A stretch of DNA of 64,000 bases from Turneriella sp. (GCA_965279515.1 CBDIID010000003.1:2656001-2720000); one strand, 5' to 3'. Positions 36,447 to 47,251 are shown, numbered from the stretch's first letter. Translations and numbers: made by a program. Notes: a model not told the origin generated them from the sequence alone.

Positions 36447-38006
36447 ATGGTTCGACTCCGCACTGAAGACAGAGACCCGAAGCGGGTCACACCACAGGTG
36501 ACCCTCTTCCTTTTTCTGGGGGTTTTCACGGCTTTTTCGGCCATCGCCTGCGCGGGCCGGCAGATCCGGAACGACCTGGAACTCGAAGAGGCCGCCCGGC
36601 GCGCCGCCGCCGGTGAAGAGCGCGGCTGGCAATCCCTCGAAAATACCATCCGCAGCAAAGACGACGAGCCGGATGTCGAAATGCAGAAACGCGCCCTCGC
36701 CGAGGTGGGCAAGATCCAGTCGCCGCGCGGCATGCCGGTACTTATAGAAAACCTCACCAACCGCTTTCTGCGTGGCGAGGCGGCTGCCGGCCTCATACAC
36801 CAGCGCAACGACACCAATAAGGCCGAGATCGATGGCCTGATCGTCGACGCCGCAGCGAAGAATGCGCGCGAATTCAGCGGTCTGACGCGTGAGGAGATCA
36901 AAGCGCTGGGCGAAACGGATAATCCCCATGCGGTTCGGCTATTGAAGCAGCAGATTGGCCGCGACCCAAATAAGGACGAAATGACTGTCGAATCCCTAGG
37001 CAAAATTCTGAAACGCAAAAGTACATCCTACTATCACCCGTTCGACTTCACGTTGCCCTTGGGGCAGGCCCCTGCTGCCGCCGTGCCCGAGGCGGCACCA
37101 GCGGCCGGTAAACTCAATGTCGAATCCATCATGTCATCCGATGGCAAGGAAGCTGCAGCGGAAGAGACTGCACCGGCCGAAGGTGACAGTGATCCCGAGC
37201 AAGTTCTCATTAACTACCTTGCCGGCGATGGTTCGACGGACGTCAAAGACCGCGCGGTGCAGAGCATTGCCGAGGCTCATCCGCCAGGCGTGCCTTACCT
37301 TTTGGCTCTCGCCGGCCGACGCGGTATTTCGGCCAAGTCGCGCATCGCCGTCATCGACTACCTGACGCGCCTCGCCGTGAACACGCAAGATAAATCGATG
37401 ATCCATAAATTTATCAATCTGCGTGCCCGGGCCGGCAATGCGCAGGTAGTCGCCTCCATCAATCTCTCGCTGCGTGTTTTAGGAAGTGCCTTTGGCCGGG
37501 CTGTGGGTGGCACTGGTGGCCGCGTCTACCGCGCCGTACCTTCGGACGGGTATGAACCTCTGCCGAAAGAAACCGATGTTGTTTCACTGATCCAAAAACC
37601 TTATCCGGGTTATTCCGGGGCGGATGTCAAAACGAACCTGAAAAAGGCGCTTACCTACTACCACCTCGATAAGAAACTCGCCGAGCGTATGCAGGGGCGT
37701 GTCAGCGATCTCTTGAATCAACCACAGAATAAGGAATCTCCCGAACGCAACCTGATTTTCACGGCGCTCGGCCGACTCTATCCCGATCGCGATTTTTATG
37801 TACTGAAGAAACAGGGGCAGGATGCCTTCGGTAAACCGGGCTATTTTACGACGACATTGCGGCTCGTGACACAATCTGCGCGCGGGCGTTCGTGGCAGAT
37901 CGCGGCGTTGCAGCGCCTGTGGGGGCTCACGTATAATGAGGCGGATCTCATCCGCCAGATCTATCTGCGCGACGGCAAACTGTTACAGCAGCGCATGCGG
38001 TTGTGA
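36447..38006 (+). CDS. hypothetical helical-repeat (HEAT-like) lipoprotein
   Basis: 519 aa; hydrophobic leader ending SAIAC; helical repeat character. Confidence 0.7.
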   Translation: MVRLRTEDRDPKRVTPQVTLFLFLGVFTAFSAIACAGRQIRNDLELEEAARRAAAGEERGWQSLENTIRSKDDEPDVEMQKRALAEVGKIQSPRGMPVLIENLTNRFLRGEAAAGLIHQRNDTNKAEIDGLIVDAAAKNAREFSGLTREEIKALGETDNPHAVRLLKQQIGRDPNKDEMTVESLGKILKRKSTSYYHPFDFTLPLGQAPAAAVPEAAPAAGKLNVESIMSSDGKEAAAEETAPAEGDSDPEQVLINYLAGDGSTDVKDRAVQSIAEAHPPGVPYLLALAGRRGISAKSRIAVIDYLTRLAVNTQDKSMIHKFINLRARAGNAQVVASINLSLRVLGSAFGRAVGGTGGRVYRAVPSDGYEPLPKETDVVSLIQKPYPGYSGADVKTNLKKALTYYHLDKKLAERMQGRVSDLLNQPQNKESPERNLIFTALGRLYPDRDFYVLKKQGQDAFGKPGYFTTTLRLVTQSARGRSWQIAALQRLWGLTYNEADLIRQIYLRDGKLLQQRMRL

Positions 38007-38872
38007 GACTCCGCCACGAACTTCTCCTCATCTTTGCCATGGTCATCTGGGCCGGCTCATGGACATCGGGCAAACTCATTGCGAATGCTGCTGACCCCAA
38101 ACTGACACAATTCTGGCGGTTTGTCTTTTCTGCGGCCAGCATTGCCCCGCTGATTCCCTTCATCGGTGAAAGCTTCAGGGTATCGCTGCGCGACTTGTTG
38201 TGGGCCGCGCTTGGGGCATTGGTCATCACCGTCTACACGTTTATGTTCTTTATTGGCCTGAAAACAGGTTATGCCGGTGCGGCTGGTGTACTTGTTACGT
38301 CGATGAATCCGATCTTTACCTATGCCCTGACGCGGTTTCTTCTGCGTCACCCGCTGACACGGCGCGATGCCATAGGGCTTTTTCTCGGTGCTATCGGCGG
38401 CGCCATACTGCTCGAGTTCTGGAATACCTCGGCAGAAAAGTTACTACTCGGGGGTAACCTGCTGTTTTTGGGCGCCGCCATGGTCTATGCCTTTGTCACC
38501 ATGACGACGAACGCAGCCACGAAAAAGACCTCGATCATTGTCTATTCATTCTACGTAAATCTTTTCGGCGCCTTGTTCCTGATACCCTTTATCGGCCGCG
38601 ATATTTTGCAAACTCCGCCTGTGGGAAATAAGAGCTATTGGTTTAATATTATCTACCTGGGAATTATCTCGAATGCATTTGCCACGACGGTCTATTTTTT
38701 TGCCGTGAAAGAGTTAGGTTCGGCACGTGCCAGCTCGTATGTATTTATCGTACCGGCGACGGCGCTGGCGATGGCGGCGTGGTATCTGGGTGAAGCTGTT
38801 CGACCCGCTACGGTAGTCGGTGGATTGATTGCTTTGGTCGCGGTAACAATTCTGAGGGGGAGGAAGAATTAG
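38003..38872 (+). CDS. DMT/EamA family transporter
   Basis: Ten TM helices; IWAGSW, MNPIFT and YLGE motifs. Confidence 0.9.
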   Translation: MRLRHELLLIFAMVIWAGSWTSGKLIANAADPKLTQFWRFVFSAASIAPLIPFIGESFRVSLRDLLWAALGALVITVYTFMFFIGLKTGYAGAAGVLVTSMNPIFTYALTRFLLRHPLTRRDAIGLFLGAIGGAILLEFWNTSAEKLLLGGNLLFLGAAMVYAFVTMTTNAATKKTSIIVYSFYVNLFGALFLIPFIGRDILQTPPVGNKSYWFNIIYLGIISNAFATTVYFFAVKELGSARASSYVFIVPATALAMAAWYLGEAVRPATVVGGLIALVAVTILRGRKN

Positions 38873-38884
38873 CGCCGGGGTGGG

Positions 38885-39394
38885 CTACTCTTTATCCTGG
38901 TCCATCAGCTGCTTAATCGTCTCAGCCATGACTTCGGGTTGGTTCTTGAACTTTACGCCGTTAACAACAATCTCTTCTTTGCCGATCTGAACGCCTGTCT
39001 TGCGCGGAATATTGCTGGTCATGCCGCCCGCGCCACCCTGGCCCTGGTCGTAAGCATCGAGCGACGACTCACCCTCAGAAGCCAAATATTCACCGGCACC
39101 CTCAGCGCCGGCATCATCGGGCGTATCGCCACCCACGCCGGCGTCGGTCATCATCTCGCCGGTAACCTCGGGATTATTCTCGATGACTTCGATCGCTTCG
39201 GGAACCTTTTTGGCGAGCAGCGCATAGATGATACTGCCCAGCACGAACATCAAAAGGCCGCTGACAATCGGCCGCACGATAATCGCTGTCACACCGCTCG
39301 CCGACATAATAGTGAAGATGAGTGCGATCAGCACTCCCAATACAGCGAGCAGAATACTGAGCTTAAGGTGCGCCGCCGTGAAGAACGCGGGCAT
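38885..39394 (-). CDS. hypothetical 2-TM protein co-transcribed with flhG
   Basis: Two TM helices, acidic linker, C-terminal PEVMAETIKQLM; starts 2 nt after the flhG stop. Confidence 0.75.
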   Translation of the reverse strand: MPAFFTAAHLKLSILLAVLGVLIALIFTIMSASGVTAIIVRPIVSGLLMFVLGSIIYALLAKKVPEAIEVIENNPEVTGEMMTDAGVGGDTPDDAGAEGAGEYLASEGESSLDAYDQGQGGAGGMTSNIPRKTGVQIGKEEIVVNGVKFKNQPEVMAETIKQLMDQDKE

Positions 39395-39396
39395 AA

Positions 39397-40251
39397 TTAG
39401 GAAGAAGGTGTGAAGATTTTCCGGAAGAATGCGCCGACGCCGGATTCACTGCGGCGTGGCAGTTCTTGTTCGAGAATGCGCGATGCCACGATGTCGAGGC
39501 ACGACGCGGCTTTCGAGCCTGGAAAAAGCAGGTAGAACGGCTTCTGCCGCCGGATCGACTTCGGCACACATTCGTCGTCGTAGATAAATCCCAGGTTTTC
39601 GACGCGCACGTTTAAGAACTGGCTCGAGATATTAATAACGCGTTCGGCGACTTTTTTGCCTTCGAGCGATGAACCGGCGCGGTTGACGAGCAACTTGAGG
39701 TTTTTGTCGGGCGCCACGAGTACAATGGATTTAATGATGCCATACGCGTCCGTGATGGCGGTGGGTTCCGGGGTCGTCACCACGATGACTTTGTCCGCCG
39801 GCAGGGTAAATCCGACGACGTTGGATGACACACCGGCACCGGTATCGATCAGCATAATGTCATAGCCCGACAGTTTTTCAAATGCCGCAACGAGATTCGA
39901 GCGCTCTTTGTCAGAAAGATTCGCGAGCATGCTGTAACCCGATGCGCCGGCGATAATATCGAGGCCTTCGGGGGTACGGATGATAATGTCTTCGAGCTCT
40001 TTATGGCCCTTGATGACATGGTAGAGGTTGAATTTGGGTACCACACCCAAAAGCACGTTGACGTTGGCGAGGCCGAGGTCGGCGTCAAACAGCAACACCT
40101 TCTTGCCGGCAGCGGCCAGCGAGAGGCCGAGGTTGACGGAGATGGTCGATTTGCCCACACCGCCTTTGCCACTCGTGAGAGTGATAATCTGCGTGGCGGT
40201 ACCGGGCTCGGTTTTACCTACCATCTGACGTAAGGTGCTGGCCTGGTCCAT
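39397..40251 (-). CDS. flhG: MinD/ParA-family flagellar number regulator FlhG/FleN
   Basis: [10 protein letters not shown]-terminus, SGKGGVGKS Walker A, DADLGLAN; follows flhF. Confidence 0.92.
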   Translation of the reverse strand: MDQASTLRQMVGKTEPGTATQIITLTSGKGGVGKSTISVNLGLSLAAAGKKVLLFDADLGLANVNVLLGVVPKFNLYHVIKGHKELEDIIIRTPEGLDIIAGASGYSMLANLSDKERSNLVAAFEKLSGYDIMLIDTGAGVSSNVVGFTLPADKVIVVTTPEPTAITDAYGIIKSIVLVAPDKNLKLLVNRAGSSLEGKKVAERVINISSQFLNVRVENLGFIYDDECVPKSIRRQKPFYLLFPGSKAASCLDIVASRILEQELPRRSESGVGAFFRKIFTPSS

Positions 40252-40263
40252 TTAGTCTCTTTA

Positions 40264-41562
40264 TTAGTTTCGTGCAGAAGTATCGTTTTCATCAAGCCAT
40301 TTTTTTAATAACGCGTCGGCGATGATCATCCGGTCGGCGTCGAGCCAGTCCTTGGCGACATCCTGGCCATTGGTGAGCAGCGAAAACGGCTTATGCCAGG
40401 TATCGGCCATTTCAACGATCGGCGCGAAACTGAAGCTTTCATCGATCTTGCTGATAATGACCTTGGCATACTCAAACAGCTCAAAACGGTCAAAAAGCAG
40501 GCGGGCATCTTCGAGCCGTGTCGTTGCAGGCACGACCAGGTGCGTTTCGATTTCATGCTGCGCCGTAATTCCGTCAAAGAACAGCTTCTGGCGGTTCAGA
40601 AATTCGCGGTTCGCCGGGCTTGATCCGCTGGTATCGATCAGGATAAACTCGGCGCTCGAGTCGTCGATCGTGCCTTTGAGCTCTTCGGGTGTGCGGCAGA
40701 CACGGCAGGGGATGTCCATGATGCGCGCATAGACCTTGAGCTGCTCGGTTGCTGCAATGCGGTAGTTGTCGATCGTGATGAGCTCGACGCGGCGCTTTTG
40801 TGTGACGCTGAGCCGCGCAGCGAGTTTCACCAGCGTCGTGGTTTTGCCCGCGCCGGTCGGCCCGACGAGGGTGATGATGCGCTGTGAGGCCGTTGTGGTG
40901 GTGCGCACGTGCTCACCTAAAACCTCGCGGGCCTTCGCGTGAATCTTGCGGCGCAGTTTGTAGTCTGTCGAGGGGATGCCCGCACGTGTGCGCATCGCGA
41001 TACTCTCTGAAAAATCATGGCTGAAACCGATCGCGACGCAGTGCTCGTAGAGTGACATTAGCTCGCGCTCTTTGACGAGGTCCAGGTCGGGGCCGCCCTT
41101 GCTCTTGAGCGTCGCCTTAAGTTCAGCGACCTCGGCCTCAAGCTTGCGGATCTGTTCGGTTGAGGGCGGTTGAATGCTGATGGGCAGCATTTCTTTTCTC
41201 AGCGAAGGCTGAATCTCACGCGTCAGCTGCTGGCCCCGCATTCCGAGAGGATGGATCTCGTCGGCACCGACCATTGCGTCAGGCGCGGGTTTCTTATTCA
41301 GCGATGTGCGGTTGAGCATCTCTTCGAGCAACTTCAGTTTGTTGTCGATGGTCTCATCTTTCTTCTTCGGCTGGGTTTTATTCTTTTCGAGAATCGCACC
41401 GTGGATCTCCCAGCGTGTGGCGCGGGTGATCTTACCCCAGACCGATTTGACCGGTACTTCGCGCTGTTGCGAAATCAACACTTCGGGTCCGCTGCCATAC
41501 TTGCTGCGGACCTTAGCCAATACCTCGGCATGTGTATCGCCTTGCTCCGTAAAATACTGCAT
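40264..41562 (-). CDS. flhF: flagellar SRP-type GTPase FlhF
   Basis: GPTGAGKTTT, DNYRIAATEQL, DTSG, SKIDE, NGQDV. Confidence 0.92.
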   Translation of the reverse strand: MQYFTEQGDTHAEVLAKVRSKYGSGPEVLISQQREVPVKSVWGKITRATRWEIHGAILEKNKTQPKKKDETIDNKLKLLEEMLNRTSLNKKPAPDAMVGADEIHPLGMRGQQLTREIQPSLRKEMLPISIQPPSTEQIRKLEAEVAELKATLKSKGGPDLDLVKERELMSLYEHCVAIGFSHDFSESIAMRTRAGIPSTDYKLRRKIHAKAREVLGEHVRTTTTASQRIITLVGPTGAGKTTTLVKLAARLSVTQKRRVELITIDNYRIAATEQLKVYARIMDIPCRVCRTPEELKGTIDDSSAEFILIDTSGSSPANREFLNRQKLFFDGITAQHEIETHLVVPATTRLEDARLLFDRFELFEYAKVIISKIDESFSFAPIVEMADTWHKPFSLLTNGQDVAKDWLDADRMIIADALLKKWLDENDTSARN

Positions 41563-43646
41563 CAGGCATTTACCTCACTTGGTTCCAGAATTACTTTGGT
41601 CATCTCAATAAATTTTGCGTCGCGGGGGATTTCTTCGTAAGCGACGACGGCAAAAGAACGCGTGGAAATCTCGCGCGAGATAATTTCAGCGATGCTCGAA
41701 CGGATCTCAGAACCACAGACAAACAGCGGAAACTTGCCTTCGGTCTGCATTGTATTGTAGGCGGCGACAAGCACCGAACGCAGGCGTTCGCGGTAATGCG
41801 GATCGATCGCCAGGACACGGCCGTCGCGTTCATCGATCGTGATACTGCCGCGCACATCGTATTCGATCTGCGGATCGATGACTGCGGCGAAGATGGCCTT
41901 GTTCTTATCCTGGTACGGCGCGACGATCTGGCGGGCGAGGCGCTGGCGCACAATGTCGGTCAAGAGTTCGGGGTTCTGCACACGCTGGCCATAATCGGCC
42001 ATGGTCTCGAGAATCGCCGGCAGGTTGCGGATAGAGACGTTCTCACGCAGCAGGTTGTGCAAGATGGTGAGGATAACCCCCGGATTCGGGAACAGTTTCG
42101 CCACTTCGTCGACCACGCTCGGGTATTTCTGCTTGGTCTTGTCGAGGAGCAGCTTCACCTCTTCGCGGCCCATGATCTGCGGCGCATACGCACGGAAGGT
42201 TTCCTGCAGGTGCGTGATCATCATGGTTGAGGCGTCGATGACGATATAACCCTTTTCCTCGGCCTCGCGCTTTTTCTCAGGATCGATGAGAATGACCTTT
42301 TGCCCAAAGGCAGGGTCGTTCACGACGAGGTCGGGGGATGCCGGTTTCAACTCTTCGCGGATATTCGGGTTCGAAAGTGCTCCTAAATATTCAGGATAAA
42401 CTTTCGTGCGCGCGACCTCGATGCCGCCAATCAGAATCACGTATTCATTGCCGTCGAGGTCAAGGTTGTCGTTGATGCGCACCGGCGGCACGATCATGCC
42501 GAGATCAGATGCCATCTTCTGCCTGAGGTTCGTAATGCGGTCGAGCAGCGTGCCACCCTGTTTGCGGTCCAGAAGCGGCACGAGATTAAAACCGATTTCA
42601 ATCTTCAGCGGATCGACGGCCAGTTCATCGAGGAAGCGCTCGGTGGAACCAATCTTCTGCTGTTCTGAAATGGCTTCCTGCTTTTGGCTCTCCGCCTTTT
42701 TTTGCTCGCGCATGTTGTAGGCGAGAAAACCCAGGAAGCCGCTGATGACCCATAAGGAGAGCTTGGGAAAACCAGGCACCAGCGAAGCGATAAAGAGCGC
42801 ACCCGCTGTGATGTAGAGCGCCCGCGAGTTCTGGAACATCTGCACCGAAAGCTCGCTCGTCAGATTGTTTTTCGCGCCCGCGCGCGTCACAACCATACCG
42901 GTGGCTGTTGTAATCAAAAGCGACGGAATCTGCGCCACAAGACCATCACCGATGGTCAGCAGCGTGTAGGTTTTCAGAGCGCTCTGGAAATTTTCACCGC
43001 GCATCACCATACCAATGATGAGACCGCCAATAATATTCACACCCGTGATGATGAGGCCCACGCGCACGTCACCTTGCACGAACTTCGTCGCACCATCCAT
43101 CTGGCCATAGAAGTCGACTTCACGGCGCAAATTCTCATTGCGCTTGCGGCCCTCTTCTTCGGTCACGCGGCCCGAGGTGATGTCGGCCTCGATGGCCATC
43201 TGCCGGCCCGGCAAGGCATCCAACGCGAAACGCGCCGAAACTTCAGAGATCCTTGTCGCGCCCTTGGTAATGACCATCATCTGCACGAGTACGAGAATGA
43301 TGAACACGACGAAGCCGATGACATAATTATTCCCCGCGACAAACTCGCCGAATGCACGCACCAGCTGCCCGTCAAAAGCGGGCCCCTTCGCGAGAATCTG
43401 GCGCGTGGTGGAAACGTTGAGCGCCAGGCGAAAAACCGTCGAAACGAGTAACAAAGTTGGAAAAACAGAGAAGTCCGCGATCTCACGGTTGAACATCGCC
43501 GTGAGCAGGGCGATGATCGATATCATGATACTGATCGCGAGCAAAAAGTCGAGCAGCATGGTCGGCAACGGCACGATCAGCATCGCAACCACTGCCACGA
43601 CGGCGACGCCCAGCATGATATCGCCTTGCTGATACCACTTTTTCAC
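41562..43646 (-). CDS. flhA: flagellar export protein FlhA
   Basis: FPTLLL...FRLALNVSTTR, ARFALDALPGRQMAIEAD, FYGQMDGATKFVQGD. Confidence 0.96.
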   Translation of the reverse strand: MKKWYQQGDIMLGVAVVAVVAMLIVPLPTMLLDFLLAISIMISIIALLTAMFNREIADFSVFPTLLLVSTVFRLALNVSTTRQILAKGPAFDGQLVRAFGEFVAGNNYVIGFVVFIILVLVQMMVITKGATRISEVSARFALDALPGRQMAIEADITSGRVTEEEGRKRNENLRREVDFYGQMDGATKFVQGDVRVGLIITGVNIIGGLIIGMVMRGENFQSALKTYTLLTIGDGLVAQIPSLLITTATGMVVTRAGAKNNLTSELSVQMFQNSRALYITAGALFIASLVPGFPKLSLWVISGFLGFLAYNMREQKKAESQKQEAISEQQKIGSTERFLDELAVDPLKIEIGFNLVPLLDRKQGGTLLDRITNLRQKMASDLGMIVPPVRINDNLDLDGNEYVILIGGIEVARTKVYPEYLGALSNPNIREELKPASPDLVVNDPAFGQKVILIDPEKKREAEEKGYIVIDASTMMITHLQETFRAYAPQIMGREEVKLLLDKTKQKYPSVVDEVAKLFPNPGVILTILHNLLRENVSIRNLPAILETMADYGQRVQNPELLTDIVRQRLARQIVAPYQDKNKAIFAAVIDPQIEYDVRGSITIDERDGRVLAIDPHYRERLRSVLVAAYNTMQTEGKFPLFVCGSEIRSSIAEIISREISTRSFAVVAYEEIPRDAKFIEMTKVILEPSEVNA

Positions 43647-44887
43647 GCGACCCTACGCCCCTGATTAAATTTTTCCCTGAGTGCCGGAATCGCAGCAACA
43701 ATTCTCACGAGAAGCTCGAACAGGTTCGACGGCAGAACCTGGTTGAGGTTCACGTTATCGTAGATGAAACGTGCCAGGGGTTTATCTTCGAACATCGGCA
43801 CTTCATTTTTTTTCGCCACTTCGCGGATGATACGAGCGATCTCATCTTCGCCTTTCGCCACAAGGCGCGGTGGAGTGCCCTCAAGATCAAAATCGAATTT
43901 GATGGCAACCGCATAGTGTGTCGGGTTCGTAATCACGAGATCTGCAGTCGCGACCGCTGAGCGCATCTGCGAGCGCAGCGCTTCCTGCATTCTCTGGCGC
44001 TGGCGCGCCTTGATCTGCGGATCCCCTTCCTGTTCGCGGAATTCCTGTTTCACTTCTTGTTTGGTCATTTTCAAACTTTCCATGAACTGCGATCTCTGGA
44101 AGAGATAGTCGGGCACAGACATGACCAGAAGAATGATGATGAGTATCAGAGCGAGTTTGAACGACATATAACCGAGCGAGCGCAGCGCGTCGCCCACACC
44201 CATGCGGCCTGTCTTCATCACATTTAAGAAATCGTCGCTGATGATGAGATAACTCACGAACGTGATCGCGGCGACCTTGACGATCGTCTTTGCCAAATTG
44301 ACATAGATCTGTTTCGAAAATAAAGTTCTTTCGATCATGCGGCTGAAGCTGAAAGAAATATTCGAGAGTTTCGGGCGCAAAGGTTCGAGCGTGAACATGA
44401 ACCCGGTCTGAGAAACATTACCGATGACGCCGAGCAGCATGACTGCGGCAAAGAACGGCGCAAGCATCAGAAAAAATTCGCGCGCGACGCCGATCATCAT
44501 CGGAATCATCGTGGCTTCCTGCACCGTGCCGAGGCTCGAAAAATTGCCGATGTAGATTTTCATCATACGCGCGAGCGATGTTAAGATCCAGCCGGCGCTG
44601 GCGAAGAGAACGATGAGGCCGCCCAGCGTGCCCAGCGCCGCAGGAATTTCTGCGCTCTTGGGAACCCGGCCTTTTTCGCGCTCGCGGCGGCGGCGCAGCT
44701 CGGTCGGATCTTCGGTGCGGCCTTCGTCTTCGGCCGCCCACAGGACGAGCGAGAAGATATCCACCCCGGCGGCAGCCGGAGCCCACGCATAGTGCGCCAA
44801 TTCGGGCGTAGGGAACAGGAAATCGAATCGGCTACGGAAGTAAGACCGAACTTGGAGCCAAAGTGCAATTAAGGATGAAATCCACAC
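43643..44887 (-). CDS. flhB: flagellar export protein FlhB
   Basis: EGRTEDPT...KGRVPKS, EGDPQIKAR, NPTH autocleavage motif; N-terminal extension makes the start uncertain. Confidence 0.95.
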   Translation of the reverse strand: MWISSLIALWLQVRSYFRSRFDFLFPTPELAHYAWAPAAAGVDIFSLVLWAAEDEGRTEDPTELRRRREREKGRVPKSAEIPAALGTLGGLIVLFASAGWILTSLARMMKIYIGNFSSLGTVQEATMIPMMIGVAREFFLMLAPFFAAVMLLGVIGNVSQTGFMFTLEPLRPKLSNISFSFSRMIERTLFSKQIYVNLAKTIVKVAAITFVSYLIISDDFLNVMKTGRMGVGDALRSLGYMSFKLALILIIILLVMSVPDYLFQRSQFMESLKMTKQEVKQEFREQEGDPQIKARQRQRMQEALRSQMRSAVATADLVITNPTHYAVAIKFDFDLEGTPPRLVAKGEDEIARIIREVAKKNEVPMFEDKPLARFIYDNVNLNQVLPSNLFELLVRIVAAIPALREKFNQGRRVA

Positions 44888-45012
44888 TAATAATGCGACA
44901 TAATGCGGATCGTGTGGCTTGTCAAGGATTATGTCTCATGTAGGGATGTGCCTTGTCCAGCGGATATATGACTAAATTCTTGCCGCGGCATCAGGCCGCA
45001 TGGTGGTCAGCC

Positions 45013-45786
45013 ATGCGCCTGAACACTCTGACCATCCTACTCACCACCATCGCCGTACTGCATTGCTCGAGCCTGCCGGTGGGGCAACCCGGCGAAGCCG
45101 CTGAACAGCTCGCACAGAAGATGCTCAAAGCGGCCAACCAGGATAAATGGCAGGCGACGGTTGCGGTTTCATTCACCTTTCGCGGCGACGATAAAGTCTT
45201 CTGGGATAAAAAACGCAAGCTGGTTGAAGTCGCCGACAAAAAGGGCACGGTGCAATTCAGCGAAGTCAGCGGGAAATCCATCTGTTTCGAGGGCGAGCGC
45301 CGCGTGATGGACGAGTGCGAAAAACTGACTGCCTCAGCAGTGAAGAAGTTTTACAACCACACCTACTGGATTAACCCCGCTTTTCATATCACCTCTCCGG
45401 GGGCAGAGCGCGCCCTGGTCGAGGATAATAGCCTGACGGGCGCCGAGGCAAAAAAGCTGCTCGTGACCTTTAAATCAGGCGGATCAACCCCGGGGGACAG
45501 CTATCTCTTCACCCTCGACGACGAGGGTAAAATCGCCGACATGCGCATGTGGGTTTCCCTCAAGATGATACCCAATGGCGGCAAAGCGGTATTTTCGGAT
45601 TATAAGACGACCGAAACCGGCGTCAACGTTGCCATGCACCATAAACTTATGTCTCTTGTTTCGGTCGATCTAAGCGACGTCAATATGTATGCAGGCTACC
45701 CCGAAGCCGGCAAAGCCGACCGCTTCCAGCCCCTGCTCGAACAGCCCGGCGCCATGGGGAGCGACACGCTCAACCGGAAAAAATAA
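45013..45786 (+). CDS. hypothetical lipoprotein
   Basis: MRLNTLTILLTTIAVLHC lipobox-like leader; SGGSTPGDSY motif. Confidence 0.7.
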   Translation: MRLNTLTILLTTIAVLHCSSLPVGQPGEAAEQLAQKMLKAANQDKWQATVAVSFTFRGDDKVFWDKKRKLVEVADKKGTVQFSEVSGKSICFEGERRVMDECEKLTASAVKKFYNHTYWINPAFHITSPGAERALVEDNSLTGAEAKKLLVTFKSGGSTPGDSYLFTLDDEGKIADMRMWVSLKMIPNGGKAVFSDYKTTETGVNVAMHHKLMSLVSVDLSDVNMYAGYPEAGKADRFQPLLEQPGAMGSDTLNRKK

Positions 45787-45888
45787 ACAGGGCAGGGGAA
45801 ATCCCCCTCAAAAACCTGGCATTTGTGCATAGATAGTGCACACCCCGTATACTTCTTGACACGGTGTTACAAAAGGTAACATTGGGTT

Positions 45889-46299
45889 ATGAAGGTACTG
45901 AGAAGACAGAAGAATCTGAGTTTCGGTACCAGCCCCGACAACGAACAAGGTCTCAAGCTCGACCTCCGCTTCGACGAAGACACTAAAACCGCTTACGGCG
46001 AAATCGTACTGCCCATTCACTTCCAGGGCAACCAGCCTGAATGTGTGCACCCGGGCGTCATCGCCGTCATGCTCGACGAAGTCATGATGAAGATCAACCA
46101 GGCGCTGAACCTCAACGTCAATACTGGTGAAGTGACGATCCGTTATCTGCAACTGGCGAAAGTCAACGAACCACTTTACCTGCGCGGTTACTTTGTGAAG
46201 AAAAATAAGCGTGTGATCGAAAACCGTGCTGAGCTCGAAGACGACATCGGTAAGATCGTCGCCCGGGGCAAAGGCAAATACATCGAACAAGATTTATAG
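45889..46299 (+). CDS. PaaI-family hotdog thioesterase
   Basis: NEQGLKL...HFQG...[14 protein letters not shown] hotdog signature. Confidence 0.85.
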   Translation: MKVLRRQKNLSFGTSPDNEQGLKLDLRFDEDTKTAYGEIVLPIHFQGNQPECVHPGVIAVMLDEVMMKINQALNLNVNTGEVTIRYLQLAKVNEPLYLRGYFVKKNKRVIENRAELEDDIGKIVARGKGKYIEQDL

Positions 46300-46323
46300 T
46301 TTTCCCTGCGACTCAAAAACAAG

Positions 46324-46346
46324 AACCCGCGCAAGCGGGTTTTTTT
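46324..46346 (+). terminator. rho-independent terminator
   Basis: AACCCGC-GCAA-GCGGGTT followed by a T run. Confidence 0.75.
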
Positions 46347-46360
46347 ATGGGCCCGATCTC

Positions 46361-46443
46361 GCCGAAGTGGTGAAATGGTAGACACACCGCACTCAAAATG
46401 CGGCGGGGGCAACTCCATGTCGGTTCAAGTCCGACCTTCGGTA
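46361..46443 (+). tRNA. tRNA-Leu(CAA)
   Basis: CCGCA-CT-CAA-AA-TGCGG anticodon arm, long variable arm, GGTTCAAGTCC. Confidence 0.95.
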
Positions 46444-46579
46444 AATTGCCACGGATGGCTTTAGTCGGTGCTCGCATGGATGCGATCTTTGCGCCGACAT
46501 TTTTCTTGACCGCCTAAAATAGCGGCCTCCCCCTGTAACACGTTTCTATTTTCGTCGACTCATAATGACAGGGGGATTT

Positions 46580-47251
46580 ATGACCGAGCACAAAAAATAT
46601 CCCGTTTGGCAGTTTACTATCGATGCGACGGCGATCACGGTTTTTTTCGCTTTTATCGGCCTCTATTGTCATTCCCTGTTTTCTAATTATTCGGCGCGCC
46701 TTGAAGTTTCCGTGGCGCTCTGGCTGCAGCTGATTCTCTATGCGCTCTTCGCCTATCTGACTGCCGATTTTGTTTCCGGGCTCGCGCATTTTCTGGGCGA
46801 TAATTTCGGCAACCCCGAGACGCCGTTTTTCGGCAAACTTTTCATCTACGCCTTCCGCGAGCACCACGTTGACCCCAAGGCGATCACGCGGCACTCGTAT
46901 ATCGAAACCAATGGCGCGAACTGCCTGGTGTCATTGCCGCCGCTCATCTATCTGCATTACGCCAGCGCACCGGTCGCCGACTTCACCTTTCGTTTTTATT
47001 TTCTGATTTTTTTCCTGAGCATATTCATGACCAACCAGATTCACAAATGGTCGCACCAGGATTTCCCGCCGGCCTTCGTTGTGTGGCTGCAGCGCATGCA
47101 CCTGATTCTGCCGCCGCGCCACCATGGCGTGCACCATACGCCACCCTTCGACAAATATTACTGCATCACCAGCGGCTGGCTGAATGCCCCGCTCCACAGC
47201 CTGCATTTTTTTCAGGCGTTGAAGCGGGTGCTGACGTGGAATTTTAGATAA
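46580..47251 (+). CDS. carF: CarF/TMEM189-family lipid desaturase
   Basis: ADFVSGLAH, FREHHVDPKAITRH, ETNGANC, NQIHKWSH, HHGVHH...YCITSGWLN. Confidence 0.85.
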   Translation: MTEHKKYPVWQFTIDATAITVFFAFIGLYCHSLFSNYSARLEVSVALWLQLILYALFAYLTADFVSGLAHFLGDNFGNPETPFFGKLFIYAFREHHVDPKAITRHSYIETNGANCLVSLPPLIYLHYASAPVADFTFRFYFLIFFLSIFMTNQIHKWSHQDFPPAFVVWLQRMHLILPPRHHGVHHTPPFDKYYCITSGWLNAPLHSLHFFQALKRVLTWNFR

